Below, piece by piece: positions 13,435-24,852 of a DNA stretch of 39,358 nucleotides. The DNA comes from Halocafeteria seosinensis (Eukaryota). The stretch lies in contig LVLI01000177.1 of assembly GCA_001687465.1 (NCBI GenBank), positions 62,001 through 101,358 on the forward strand, given 5' to 3'. How positions within the stretch are numbered: position 1 is the stretch's first letter; every line of letters begins with the position of its first letter. The translations under genes were made by a program, and so were the position numbers. A model generated the notes under the pieces. That model was not told where the DNA came from, ran no database searches, and was given only the letters and a program-made list of their open reading frames with translations.

Positions 13435-13813
13435 TTATGCAGCGAGCTCGACCTTCTTGCCAGCGGCTTCGCCCCATTTCTGTAGCGCTTGAAGCATTTC
13501 ATTCTGGTTCGCCTTGCCTTCCACACGGACCTTTTGCTCCTCTACATTGGCATCCACATTCTCAACACCTGCATCATGCCCCAACAGTGCCTGTCCAATA
13601 GCCACTTGTGCTTGTTATAAAGCCCTGTACATACCCTCGATCTTGTTAAGAATGCGCGTGCAGGCGTTCGCGCATCCTTGGCACGACATCTCCACGCTGA
13701 ATTCCGTCGTCTGTGTACATCAAGTTGCAGGACACAAGTATACACACGAGCAGTGTCTAAACGGCCCTTGTGATATGAGCACTCACCTGTTGTGCTCCAC
13801 TGGTACTGCTCAT
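13435..13813 (-). CDS. ATX1: Copper chaperone Atx1/ATOX1 (HMA domain), 78 aa, 3 exons
   Basis: Exons 13813-13787, 13710-13635 and 13568-13435 (introns GTGAGT..CAG and GTATGT..CAG) give MSSTSGAQQTTEFSVEMSCQGCANACTRILNKIEGVENVDANVEEQKVRVEGKANQNEMLQALQKWGEAAGKKVELAA*. This has the MxCxxC copper site and the C-terminal GK motif. Confidence 0.93.
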
Positions 13814-14703
13814 CGTGTCTTATCCCCGTGCCGTCTCAGTCGTGAATGTTCGTCGGAAGCAAACCAAACAATAAGTACCACTGTACAGATACAACAATGA
13901 AACCACTGTATCTAGTGAAAATGTATTATCACGAGTGTGTGTTCTGTCCTTCTTTCTCCTAACAACACTTTCTCGCAATTTAAAGTTGAATTACGGTGTC
14001 TGGGCAGAATTCACACCACCGTCCCATGAAATGTGAGTCATGATGTGACGGAAACGGATACTGAAGTTCGGGTCTGCGTCAATACTTTGAAGCCACTCGC
14101 TCTTGCTGCCTCTCTCCTAGTGGAACAGCGGGCCTGTAGCTGCCAGACACAGGGGTCAGCTGCTACCTAAGTGTAGCTAGCGGCTAACATCCAGCTGCCG
14201 GTGGGTGGGCCATCAGTCACACCTTCGTCGTTGCCTCAGTGGCTGGAAAACTCTTGTCGTTTCGGGTACACCTTGCGCCCACGTTTGACCCAACATTTTT
14301 ATCCGTATTTGCAGTGCAACTGCGCGGATTTCTGTCTGGGTTGTGGCGAGCATTCCACTTGCAGCCGAATCATTCAGTAATATATAATTTTGCCGATACT
14401 GTATGGGCTATTTGTCCCGCGCACCCCCGTTGGTTTTCAAGACAGGAAGTATTGACTATTTTCTAACAGAATACGCCAAGTAATAGAAACAGGTGGCGCA
14501 ACGCCTGCGATTTTACATATATTTAATAATTCAACAAAAGTATAAACCCCGCATATTACACAAAATCATCGAGACTCAAGGACAAACTCGCATTCTGTAC
14601 TTCTTGATATTCCAGAAAGAAAGCGTGTTACACGTCTCCGTAACCGGATATCGTGCAAAATGTTTCAGTGCATCCCTTCTCAATCATAGATCGCATTGAC
14701 TTA

Positions 14704-16055
14704 TTATCCCCAATGAGGACCCTTGGGGTCTTGCTCCTGGAACCCATGAAGTGACGCATTGGTCTGCAGTGTGTTCAGGTGACGAACTGATTGGATACCG
14801 AGAGATGACTGTTGACTCTCCTCATCACCAGCGCCTATCGTTCCGTGAGGATAGTATTGCCTTGTTTGTGCGGGTTGCATGCCCTGGTCGTGTTGTTGCC
14901 TTAAATGCTGATATGAAGGGCATTCTGGCATTTCACTAACAGACTGTTGACTCTCCTCATCACCAGCGCCTATCGTTCCGTGAGGATAGTATTGCCTTGG
15001 TTGTGCGGGTTGCATGCCCTGGTCGTGTTGTTGCCTTAAATGCTGATATGAAGGGTATTCTGGCATTTCACTAACATATCCTGGCTCAGGCGGTGCACCT
15101 CTGGTCCAGGTCTTCCCGCCGTCCCACGAAACCAATGGTTGAGAACCGGAAGTTCCACACTGTCCCTTCGGAGGTCGTCGAGTGTTTGATGAGGATCGCT
15201 GTACCGATTTATGGCCTCTTTGCACGCCTCCTGGATGGGTCATCCCTTCTGCTATCAGTAGGTACTCTTGATTGTTCCCTTGGAGTTCTGTTTCATCTTC
15301 TTCTCGTTCCACATAGTGCAAAAACACCACGACGACCAAGAATCCGGTACCATGAGCCACTGAAGCATAAAATGCGGGCCCAACCTGCAAAGAGCCGTCA
15401 CCAGGGCAAAATTGCACGTTCATTAAGCCCATCCATGCTCCGAAGTTGTCCAGGAACGATTTCATTAACCCCAATAGCACGCCCTCTGCAACCACTGAAG
15501 AAAAGTACGCAAGACTATCTACATGTATCACCCTGCCTAACCTTATCACGATTGAATTTGTTGTGCTCACCTCCTACTATTCCCGCAACAATTGCCCTTT
15601 CACGTTTCTGTTTGTAGACACTAAAAGCTAAGAAGTCATTCATGAAAGCGACTACGATGATTGTATTATGCGAGCGCCGATTAGTTTCCCGTTCTCGCTC
15701 CCTCCTCCTCCCCAGTCAACGATAAAGAACATATCACCACTCTGATGCAGTCATACAGTCATAAACAAAATTACATATATAACGCAGGCAGCTCGATACA
15801 TTAGAATTGGTACGATAGACATTCGATCTTCGTCTTACCTTTGTAGCAAAGTAAACGCCCATGCCACAATCAGTCCCGGTACCCCACGTAGGCGCGAAGA
15901 ATATGGCTATCCCCAGGCCAGTCATGGCCAGCAGAGCAAGGACAACTGATACAACAAATTACAGTGATGGTATACACGCGGATAAAGAATGCACAGACAC
16001 TTGTATCCTTACGTATGGCATTGTAGCATGGCTTCGACATGCGGAGAATGCTCAT
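14704..16055 (-). pseudogene. Four-TM claudin/PMP22-like membrane protein gene with an apparent 1-nt frameshift in exon 3 (pseudogene or assembly error)
   Basis: Exons 16055-16013, 15945-15839, 15741-15571 and 15494-14704 with canonical GT..CAG introns. Hydrophobic segments are AILVLALLAMTGLGIAIFFAP-TW..GMGVY, KLIGARI/TIIVVAFMNDFLAFSVY, AIVAGIVGVVAEGVLLGLM and LQVGPAFYASVAHGTGFLVVVVFL, followed by a polar tail. Exon 3 is 171 nt where 3n+1 is needed, giving TAG at 15654-15652. Confidence 0.6.
14807..15076. repeat. Tandem duplication, 2 x 135 bp (45 codons)
   Basis: 14807-14941 and 14942-15076 differ at only two positions. The duplication is in frame within the C-terminal tail (VSEMPE[YC]PSYQHLRQQHDQGMQPAQ[PT]RQYYPHGTIGAGDEESQQS). 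Confidence 0.95.
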
Positions 16056-16380
16056 GGTTTTTCAAATTATCCCGATACTGAACCAGCTGACTATGTCCAC
16101 TGAAAACAATGTCTATACAGTTGGGCAGTATCACTTTAAATAAGTTCGAGGGAAACCGAAGGTTTACCGAGCTATTCCCTCTGGACGGCGGGGCAGGGTG
16201 ATAGCAACGCGCGATCCGCAACCGCCCGCCCCCAAATGGCTGCGGTCTTGCGGATCGGCGGTGTCAGTGGTAGTTTAGGGGGGGCTTTCATGTATCGTCA
16301 GTGGCAGTATACGGATCTATTCATGTATTGTTTCTGATTTACAAGTGGAGTCGCGACAGCCAACTTGAGGATGACTAAAA

Positions 16381-16760
16381 ATGTTCGAGACGGCGCAGCA
16401 GGATCGCGCGGCGGTTGGTTCAGCAAAGAAGCGAAAACCTTCTGGTACTTTGGACAACATGATAGTCCTCGAGGACGAAGAAAATAGGCAGGAGACGAAA
16501 ATAAAACAAGAGAACACCAAATCTAAGCAGCAGCCTGTAGGTGCCTAGGGTGGATCAATAGTGTGGGAGTTCTTTGATAGAGCGGTGATTGATTACGGTG
16601 GTAAGGTAACATGCAATTTCTCTGTAGCTACCGACGCTAGTAGAAATTGACGATTCCGATGCCGATGACTGCCCTCTGCGTCACATCAGTAGTGGTGGGA
16701 CGTCTAAGTTATCTAGACGGTCTAAACCCAGTATCACAGTATCAAATATTCCACCAGGAC
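16381..16760 (+). mobile_element. Decayed BED zinc-finger coding relic, possibly the N-terminus of a hAT-type transposase
   Basis: MFETAQQDRAAVGSAKKRKPSGTLDNMIVLEDEENRQETKIKQENTKSK..GA*GGSIVWEFFDRAVIDYGGKVTCNF, then after a frameshift C.LRHISSGGTSKLSR. This resembles the BED pattern S.VW.[HF]F...C..C...GTS.L.RH. It has an in-frame TAG at 16546 and further indels, and a homologous sequence lies at ~38.5 kb. No TIR or TSD was identified. Confidence 0.55.
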
Positions 16761-17300
16761 GCGGTCAATAAAGATCGGGACATGCAGAATCTCTTCGGCA
16801 TCGAAATACTAGTAGTCTTGCGCCGCCAGGATGGAACACACACACATACGTATGTGACAGATAGCATGTTCGAGCCTATATTTCTGGCTGGCAAGTATTG
16901 GAAAATTACTGGTATCAGCTGGTGAACAACCAAAACTTAATACGGCTACACTATTTAGATTTAAAGAGTCATGTCGAACTATCGCACCGCCGTTATTCGG
17001 CGAGGAAATATCTTTGTGCCAATTATATTATGGTACTTCAGTGAACCAATCACCTTCCTTGACCCGCCAGCGTCTGGGTATAATCGCGTTACATCAGCAG
17101 CTATCATGGAAACGTGTGTGAGAACAGCAAATATGGAATAGAGTTACCACAATTTGAATATTTTGAACAGTACGCTGTACGAGCTGTCGGTTTATTTGTT
17201 GGCTGGGTGGATGCTTAGGCCTCGTTCGGGTATTACGAATCCCAGATTTTGTTCAAAACAGAGAGAGTGTCCTTATTTAGGATGTTTCACCAGTATTGCA

Positions 17301-20300
17301 TTATTGCTCGCTCTTTTCGACAAGGACTCTCGCTCGCTGCCACCTGGAGAGAGGACTCAGGACAGAAGTCGCGTTTACATACCTCCGAGGCCAATTGGCT
17401 GCACTGTCCTCGGTGACATCCAAAAGCTGATTTTCTGCTGGTGATTCTGTACCAGCCAAAGTGTTTCCGGGGACGCAAGTTGCTGCTAGGGCTTCTGCCA
17501 AAGCGGATTCCCCCAACTTGTGCTTATCTTCCTCGGATACGCTTTTCCCGATAGCGCGACGATAGAATGTCCGGAGAAGATGTTCTGCGCCAATATGATA
17601 CAGCCAGAACTCAAAATAAACGGAGATTGTATCAGATGGCGTTGTATGCAACAAGAGCAAATAAAGAACAGCTCTCCACATGGTCATCTCTTGGACGCTT
17701 ATCTGACACATCAAGTAGATGTATAATGCGTCAACAGACTCCTGGGCAAGCGTCGGTAAGAGGGCATACCACCCTTCACCACTACTACCTAGTTCTGAGA
17801 GGTCTATTTCATCCACCAAGTGTTGCTGCCATTCATTTACAAAATTTTGCACCAAGGACTTAATTTGAGCGAAGACTCCGTCGTAGTCACATAATAGACC
17901 GATGTTGTCACGAATGATGGAAAAGTAATCGCGTTCCGATTTAGCCTCTTGGGAAATAAAAAGAGTCGTCCACTCTTCAGTCCAAAACAATTCAGCCCTC
18001 CACAGGGCGAATGGACTTCCTCCATACGTACAACAGAATCCCTGCTCAAATTGAGTGAGCGAAGGATCGGACGGATGGATATCCTCAGACAGCGTTTGGC
18101 TGCAGAGAGTCTGAAACATTCTGTAACGAGAGCGGGATATGTCCTCCGGCGGGGTAGAAGAGGAAACTTCTGCGTCATTCACGTTTCTTTGTTCATCCTG
18201 CTCTTCTTGCGGTGGCATAATCTGTAGCGAAAGGGGATTTTCCCGAAGGTGACGGGGATGGACCAGCCTATTTTTCATGTACGAAAAATGTTGCTCCATT
18301 GCTAGCTCGGCTTCTCGGACCAGTTGCCATTCATTGCTCATGCCGCTAGCGTATGCCAGCTCTGTTGCCCGCATTAGCGCCTCTAGAGAGTTGTCTTCGA
18401 GAGCACTCCGGATTCCCTTCTCCATATCATTGTACGTGAAATACAAAAAAATGGCATGTTTAAGCGTGGCCACCAGGGATGCTTCGTCGAATAGAGGGAC
18501 AGCTTCTGGCTTTTCTATGAGGTCTGCTTCGCAAACAATTACCGTCAATACTTTTTCCAACAGGTCTCCATGACTTTTGTGCGACTGATTGATGGCTTCC
18601 AACTTCCAGGTTTTCCAAGAGGCGCTTTTCAAAAACATGCAATCACTTTCAGAGACTCTATTTGTTGCCAGAAAGCTGTCGACGAAGGTGACTAACTCTT
18701 CTTTGTCAATCGCTGCGGGTAACTCCTCTTGAAATAACGCTAGTTGTGAGACTACAATTCCTATCTCTTTTGCACTAGGCTTCTGTAACACCGAGTTTAG
18801 ACGTCGTTTGACAGCTCGGAGCTCTATGGGGCTCCGCAAAGCCTGGAATAGCAGCGCTTGTTCTCCTAATAAAGTCAGTGCAGTACGTTGCCATTCTGTC
18901 CAATGGCAAACACTTTTATGTACGAGTCCGTGTTTCCACTTATGCATCTTTAATTCATTAAGCATTTCTTGAAGATGTATGAGTGGAATTCCCTCATGTG
19001 TTTGTCTTGAAATTGTCAAACAGTTGCTGATAGCATCCACAAACGAGACGAAGAATTCCAACTTAACATGCTTTAGAACGAAGAAATCAGGAAGCATATT
19101 CACCCATAATTGTGTATGAGCGGTTTGCCAGGAAGACGTTAGCGCAGCGAAAGATTTTTCTAGCTTTCCCTTGCGGATATGATTCTTGCAACGTAACAGC
19201 ACGGTAGCGTAGTCCTTAGCAGCCAATACCATCGAATCTACCTGCAATCTAAGATTTAATGCTTCTCGGTTCATCTCCTTAAATAATTCTTGACGAAGAA
19301 TACATGGGTCGCTGCTAGCAATCGACCTTAAGGTTCTCACTAACTGTCTTGTGCCCCCAAGTCTTAACAACTTACCCGCTCGAATGTGTCGGAGGGTACT
19401 CTGAGAGAGCCTTGAAACAAGAGTAACCATATCAGCTATTTCTTCGCTCACAGATTTTTTTTTGAGACTGTGGTAAAACGAATTGAAACGCGGTTGCGTC
19501 GCCTCCTTCGGCTCTTTGGTCTTCTTCCCCACTCGTTTTCGGTGGATTCCACTCGGAGCATCGGGGTTGTTTGAACGGTCTACCTGCTTCGACGCTTCTT
19601 CGCTTGGTACCACCCAACTCAAAGCCATTTGAGAACGCTCTTTCGACATTGCCCTGGCAGATAATAAAACCTGGTTTTCAAACTTGTTGTTGCAGGTGCG
19701 ATCGACGGCAGGCAACATCAGGGATGCCACAAGCTGCCGACTACAATTATTAGCTGGAAGCACGCCACCGATCCAAGAGCGAACCCGCCGTATTATTACT
19801 GGAAGATCCTCATAGCTCAGTTCTGTAGACATCAGCTTTTGATGGAACCTCAACGCCTGCCGGGCGGCCTTCATATCCGGTATCTCGATTCGTTTTGTAG
19901 GCCACGAGTCAGTTACTCTCTGGACCGTAGCGGCGATATCCATGAGTAGATTTTCTGCACTCCATGTATCTCCAGTTCGCTTTTGACTTTCTGAAATAAA
20001 TTGTAAGGGGTAGTAGTGTAATTTTTGTTTGAGTTGAACCAACTCCCAAAGCTTCAGCAAGTATGTCGACGGCTCCGTCTCAAATGGTTCGTGAGCAGTG
20101 ACCAAGATTGCATCCACTCCATCGATGTGAATAGGAATTCCACCGCCAACGAATCCGCTAGAGAAAAGTGGAATAAACCACATTCGCCGACTACCGGCTT
20201 TTGCTGGTTTGATTGTACATCCAAAATGTTGCTGCAACCCCATTGGGGATACCGGGAAGGGATAGACAACTTCTGAGCTAAAAGCACATTTTGCCATAAC

Positions 20301-23300
20301 AAGGATTTCCAACATTGGGAAGGTAGTTCCGTGCTCCCGGAGATACGATTCAACCAACAGAGAACAGAACGCAGTGATAATTGCTATCATATCTTCCCAG
20401 TATACATACTGTGAGTTGCTGAGGTCGTGCAGCCGCGAAAAAAGTTGCCACACGTCGTTAAGGCAGGTATCTCGATTCTGGTAGACAAACTGAGACCGAA
20501 TGAACGGTGAAACATCCAGACACAGCCATTGAAAAACCTGTTCAAGCCCACAGGAATCCTGATAAGACAGTTGTTTTACATGCCGATGTAAGACTCTCTT
20601 CCTGAATTTAAGAGTAAGGACTTCCGTCAGTTGCGCGAGTGTGGAGAACGCTCCATTTTTCAGTTCCGTCAATAGCTTCTCCAGGATCTGTGTGAATAAC
20701 CCTGAGGATGGCACGGTGCGAAATAACATCCTTAGGGATGACGTAACAAGCTCTTCCGGAGTCGAGCATTTTAGAGGTTCAAAGGTTAATACTGGAACAC
20801 ACAAAAAATTGTAATCCGTGTAAAGATGTGAGAGCTCCTGTGTAGACGAAGCTCCTTCCTTATAGGTGAGGATAGCCTTTAGTGCACACAATAAAAGTTG
20901 TGCTTGCCAGAGCTCAGACTCAAGATGGTGTTCAATGTAGTCTAACACGGCTACAAAGATCAGACTTCTTCTCACTGCATCAGATCGATTTTCACTCACC
21001 TCAGGTGCAGATCCTTTCGCAGTGAATGATTCGCTAGGGTTCAGGAGACATTTCAAGACACGGATCTCGGTGGAGTTGAACAAGGACTCGATGAATCTAG
21101 CTGGGATGCAGACGGTTTCGCCGACTAAAGCAGTCTCTCTACCGTTAAGAATCGAGAGAAGGTCCTCAGAAAGATGACATTCTTCCCGTTTTGAAACTCC
21201 TAAGTCAATGGCCTTTAAAACTACCTGATCGGTTATCTCGAAAATGGAGCAGCGTGTAAGTGTCTCGTCAGGACGGTTGGAGCCTGTTTCCGTGGTGTGA
21301 GAGGGCTTGTAGGCGCACGAGTCTACCTCTTCAGCATTCTCCGGGGACTTCGATCTGGGGCTAAACGCAGAGGGGTCGGAATTGATGTTCAAGGATCCGT
21401 TTGGGAACACCGGACTTTGTGCATGCAAAAGATTTTCTTCGGAGATGGGGCCAGTGTCAGTTTCAGATCTCACTTTGGTAGGGTGATCAATCGTATCAAA
21501 TACTCCGACGTGATCGCATCCCCCTATTGAATTTCCGCTGCCAATTTCACCACTGTTTGCCCGATCGCTCCCACGCTGTTGCGTTGCCTGCTTCACGCCC
21601 CTATGACCATCCTGCTTAGTGGGTGCTGATACTGGTACGGAGTTCTTCATCACCTCTTCATCTATGCAAGCGACACCGCCAGCTTGTTCACAGTCACTAT
21701 ACTCATCAACAATACCAGCAAGTCGGCGATCGCAAGCATGCCGATCGACTGGTGTCACATATGTACTACTCTGAGTGACGCCTTTTAGTTGGTTACGACT
21801 ATCCTCCGATTCACTTTCCGAGGGAGTTACATTCGTAGCGTCACCTTGGCTCGTGCAACTCGGGGAGTGTGCTCGATCGATTTCTTCCCCATTGTTGTCG
21901 CAGCCGGTTGGTTGATCGAACACCAGCTGGAATCGTTGCTCTGAAGATTTGTTTCCATGTCGCCCAGCGTTATCATTATGCTCCACCTCGCCATTAGTAT
22001 CTGCTTCATCGACTGCAGAGCCGCCACTAGAGTAACTTTGCGGAGTACTGTGATGGGCTAAGATCGCTGCTGAGATTACCAGAGGGCTACACGGACGGTG
22101 GGTGGTTGCAGCTGCAGTTTCACTTGGTTTGAGTACAGTTGTTGAAGTGCCTTCATCAGTGCCCGTTCCTTTACCCTTCGCCGGAGCATCCCATTCCTCT
22201 GTTACACCGTTTTCATGCATTGCCATGGGTGGATCTAATTCATTTCCTATCGGCCTATCTTCGTGATCCACCGTAGCTTGTATCGCGATTCTATCGCTGT
22301 CCTCATTCGGTGTTTCCAGAGGGCGGTTGTCTTTGCTCTCCGGTGGATCCATGCAGACGTGTTGCCCTGTTGCATCATCTTCAATATTGCTTCGCTCGGT
22401 AAACGTCGAAGCTTCCAGAACTTTCGTCTGGAAGGATGATCGTGGAACTAAATTCGCTTCCCTGGGTGATAAGTAGCCGGAAGACTCTGTGGCCACCGCT
22501 GTTCTCTCCACAGGTTGATTGTCACGTGGGCAAGTCGCGCGAACGTTCATGTCACTCTCGTTGTTAGCGGGCTTGGACGATTCAAGTACTTTCTCAGGTA
22601 ATCCTTCATTACCCGTTTTAGGCTGTTTAGAAGGGACGTGCTGCTGGAATTGTTGCCTCTCTTGGCCCCCCTCACTGAGAAAGTCCTCCTTAGAAGCAGC
22701 GAGGGCAGGATCAGTTTTTGTTCTCTCAAGGTCTGTTTCAATTTTGCGAGCGGACGAGGCAGGGGTCGTGCTACTAACGATGGTATTACCAGTGGCTGTC
22801 AATCTTTCTCGTCCGCAGCATGTCGGCTGGCAACCAGATTTACTTTCACTGGTAGGCGAGTAAATACTATGCCTCTTTGTAGTTTCGGCATGGATCTTGA
22901 TCACCTGCCCATTCTCTTCGGGCCAGGGTTGTTCCCCATTAATGATAGAATCCGTTTGTTCCAATCCTTTTACAGTTTGCCGCATGTCTTCTTGCTCGGG
23001 TGCCATATACACATCTGAGCCGCTCCACTCATGAGAAATAGACGTGGTATCAGTAGGCGTAACCTGGCGAATCGGTGGGGTTTCATGGACCGGAGTAGCA
23101 GAGGGACAATCAAGTGATGATGAGACATTCGGCATAGCTTCTGTATTATCACCGGCGGTCCCGTGGATAGTCACGTCCATATGCTTGCTTTGGTTCAGAA
23201 AACTGCCAGTGGGACCCTCCCTAGAAGGCAGCTTCGTGCTTCTCCGTGTTTCCTCTCGGTTCAATGGTTGCGGTCCGTTCGGTGTGTCCACAGAAGTATA

Positions 23301-24852
23301 TTCAGAATGGTGAGAGACCTGGTCATGCTCAGGGTGCTGAGAGTGTGTACTATCAGTTCCGAGAGGAAACATCGGAGTGTCGCACGTTTGACGATATTGA
23401 GCCCCTAGGGGTTCAGTTTCAGCATTTTTCTTCCCTGTTTCAATAGAACAGGTGTCATGGTGTGTAGAAACACTTGGACGTTTGGATTGCAGTGGTGTTG
23501 GCGACGACCCTAAAGAATCAACGTTGTCATAATGGTTTAATTTGGAGTGGAGTACCTCAGCTTCGTTATACACTGTCATGTGCTCTCCCGATATCAGCGC
23601 AGGCGTATAGCTCATTGGATTCGGATTGCTGTTATGTACAGCTACACCATCACGTTCCTCTAGTGGCTTCTGAGTAATAGAGTGCTCATCACCCAAGCCT
23701 TCTGCACCGTCGCTGGGGAGGTAGGTAGCTGAGTTAGAAACAATCTGCTTGTCGTCGGCGGCTAAGTTGTCTGAATCCGTGGTAGTGAAGATCGGAGTCG
23801 TTGGAGGACTTACATCCCCCGCTTGTAGGCTGTCATCTGCAGTATCGTTTCGGAAACCATGAGGTGATGGCTGGTACTCAATGAGTGACCGAAATTGGGA
23901 TGAAGATTCTTCGAAAGAGGGAGGAAATCCTTCGTTGGTGTCACTTGATGAGGGTGTCTCCTCCTCTTTGTCGACCGACAGGCCAGCTAGAAGTATGCTA
24001 TGGTCTACGAATTCTCTTGAGAGCAGCAGCTCACTGGAAGTCTCTAGAGGACTCTCTGTGTTCCTTGCTTGCGTCCAACTTCCATCCAGGTATCCCCTTG
24101 ATAAACTTAGCTCCTCAGACACGTATCGGCGAAAATGGAAGAGAGGTGAGGCCTCTGCAATGTATGTAGCTAAGGACGTATTATCTCGGTTTCAAGGAGA
24201 GAAGGAACTTACCAAGTTCGTCCACGGCACTCAAACCACTACTTGTTGATCCGTCGACGACGCACCGTCTTAAGTGCAACAGTTGTTTGCACAGAGCGAG
24301 TTTTTGACGTAGTGCACAAGTTTTAGGGAAGCTATACTTTTCCGCAACCTTTTCTCCATTGCCAAGGGCACGTTGTAGAAATGACAGAGCGTTGGCACGT
24401 CGTTCTGGTATCATTTTCAACGGGCACCCAAGACGCACGGCATGCCCTATTTGATCTGAGACAGCCCTAACGTCTATTGCTTCTTGGACCTGTAGTATTT
24501 CTTCTTTGATGATATGAGGCATGCCGTCTGTATTTGCTCTCTCCAGTGCCTGCTCTGTCCCTTGCTTGTCTTCAGCATTGATTGCCACTCGCAATGGTAT
24601 CAGGGAGGCTGCGAAGTGAACGATCGCTTTTTTCTCCAAAGATAAATGCCCCAACACGTACGGATGAGTACGGAAGAATTGTATCCACTCTGCAATAAGT
24701 GAGGTATCAGCCTGCCGAACTGGGAAACCCAATTCAAAGTCAAATTCTGCGCGTCCATTGCGGATGACCTCCTCAAAGTCGAGCCAAAGTTTATCTTGAT
24801 CGAGAAGTACCGACAGCGATGAGTTTCCTCTACTCTGACTACTCATTCTCAT
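17301..24852 (-). CDS. Very large uncharacterised protein (>2400 aa): helical N-terminal part, ~950-aa disordered tract, helical region, divergent C-terminal MyTH4-like domain; 5' exons unresolved
   Basis: A 6.85-kb open exon (24154-17301) joins in frame to the 24852-24213 ORF through a 58-nt GTAAG..CAG intron (24212-24155). Further minus-strand GTATGT donors at 24982 and 25087 suggest more upstream exons. ESVDALYIYLMCQ...MWRAVLYLLLLHTTPSDTISVYFEFWL resembles MyTH4 DE.Y.QL.KQ...W.LL......PS..L..YL..FL. The domain call is tentative. Confidence 0.7.

Noticed and set aside
14300..14380. Cys-rich peptide YLQCNCADFCLGCGEH resembling a SWIM finger
   Set aside because: It is too short, the CxH spacing is wrong, and there is no supporting ORF or transposase context.
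14807..15076. Repeat considered as a CRISPR-like array
   Set aside because: It is two adjacent 135-bp coding units with no spacers and no cas genes, in a eukaryotic context.
15526..16203. 12-bp inverted repeat TATCACCCTGCC / GGCAGGGTGATA
   Set aside because: A single 12-mer match at this spacing is plausible by chance in 39 kb. There is no TSD, and one arm is inside an intron.
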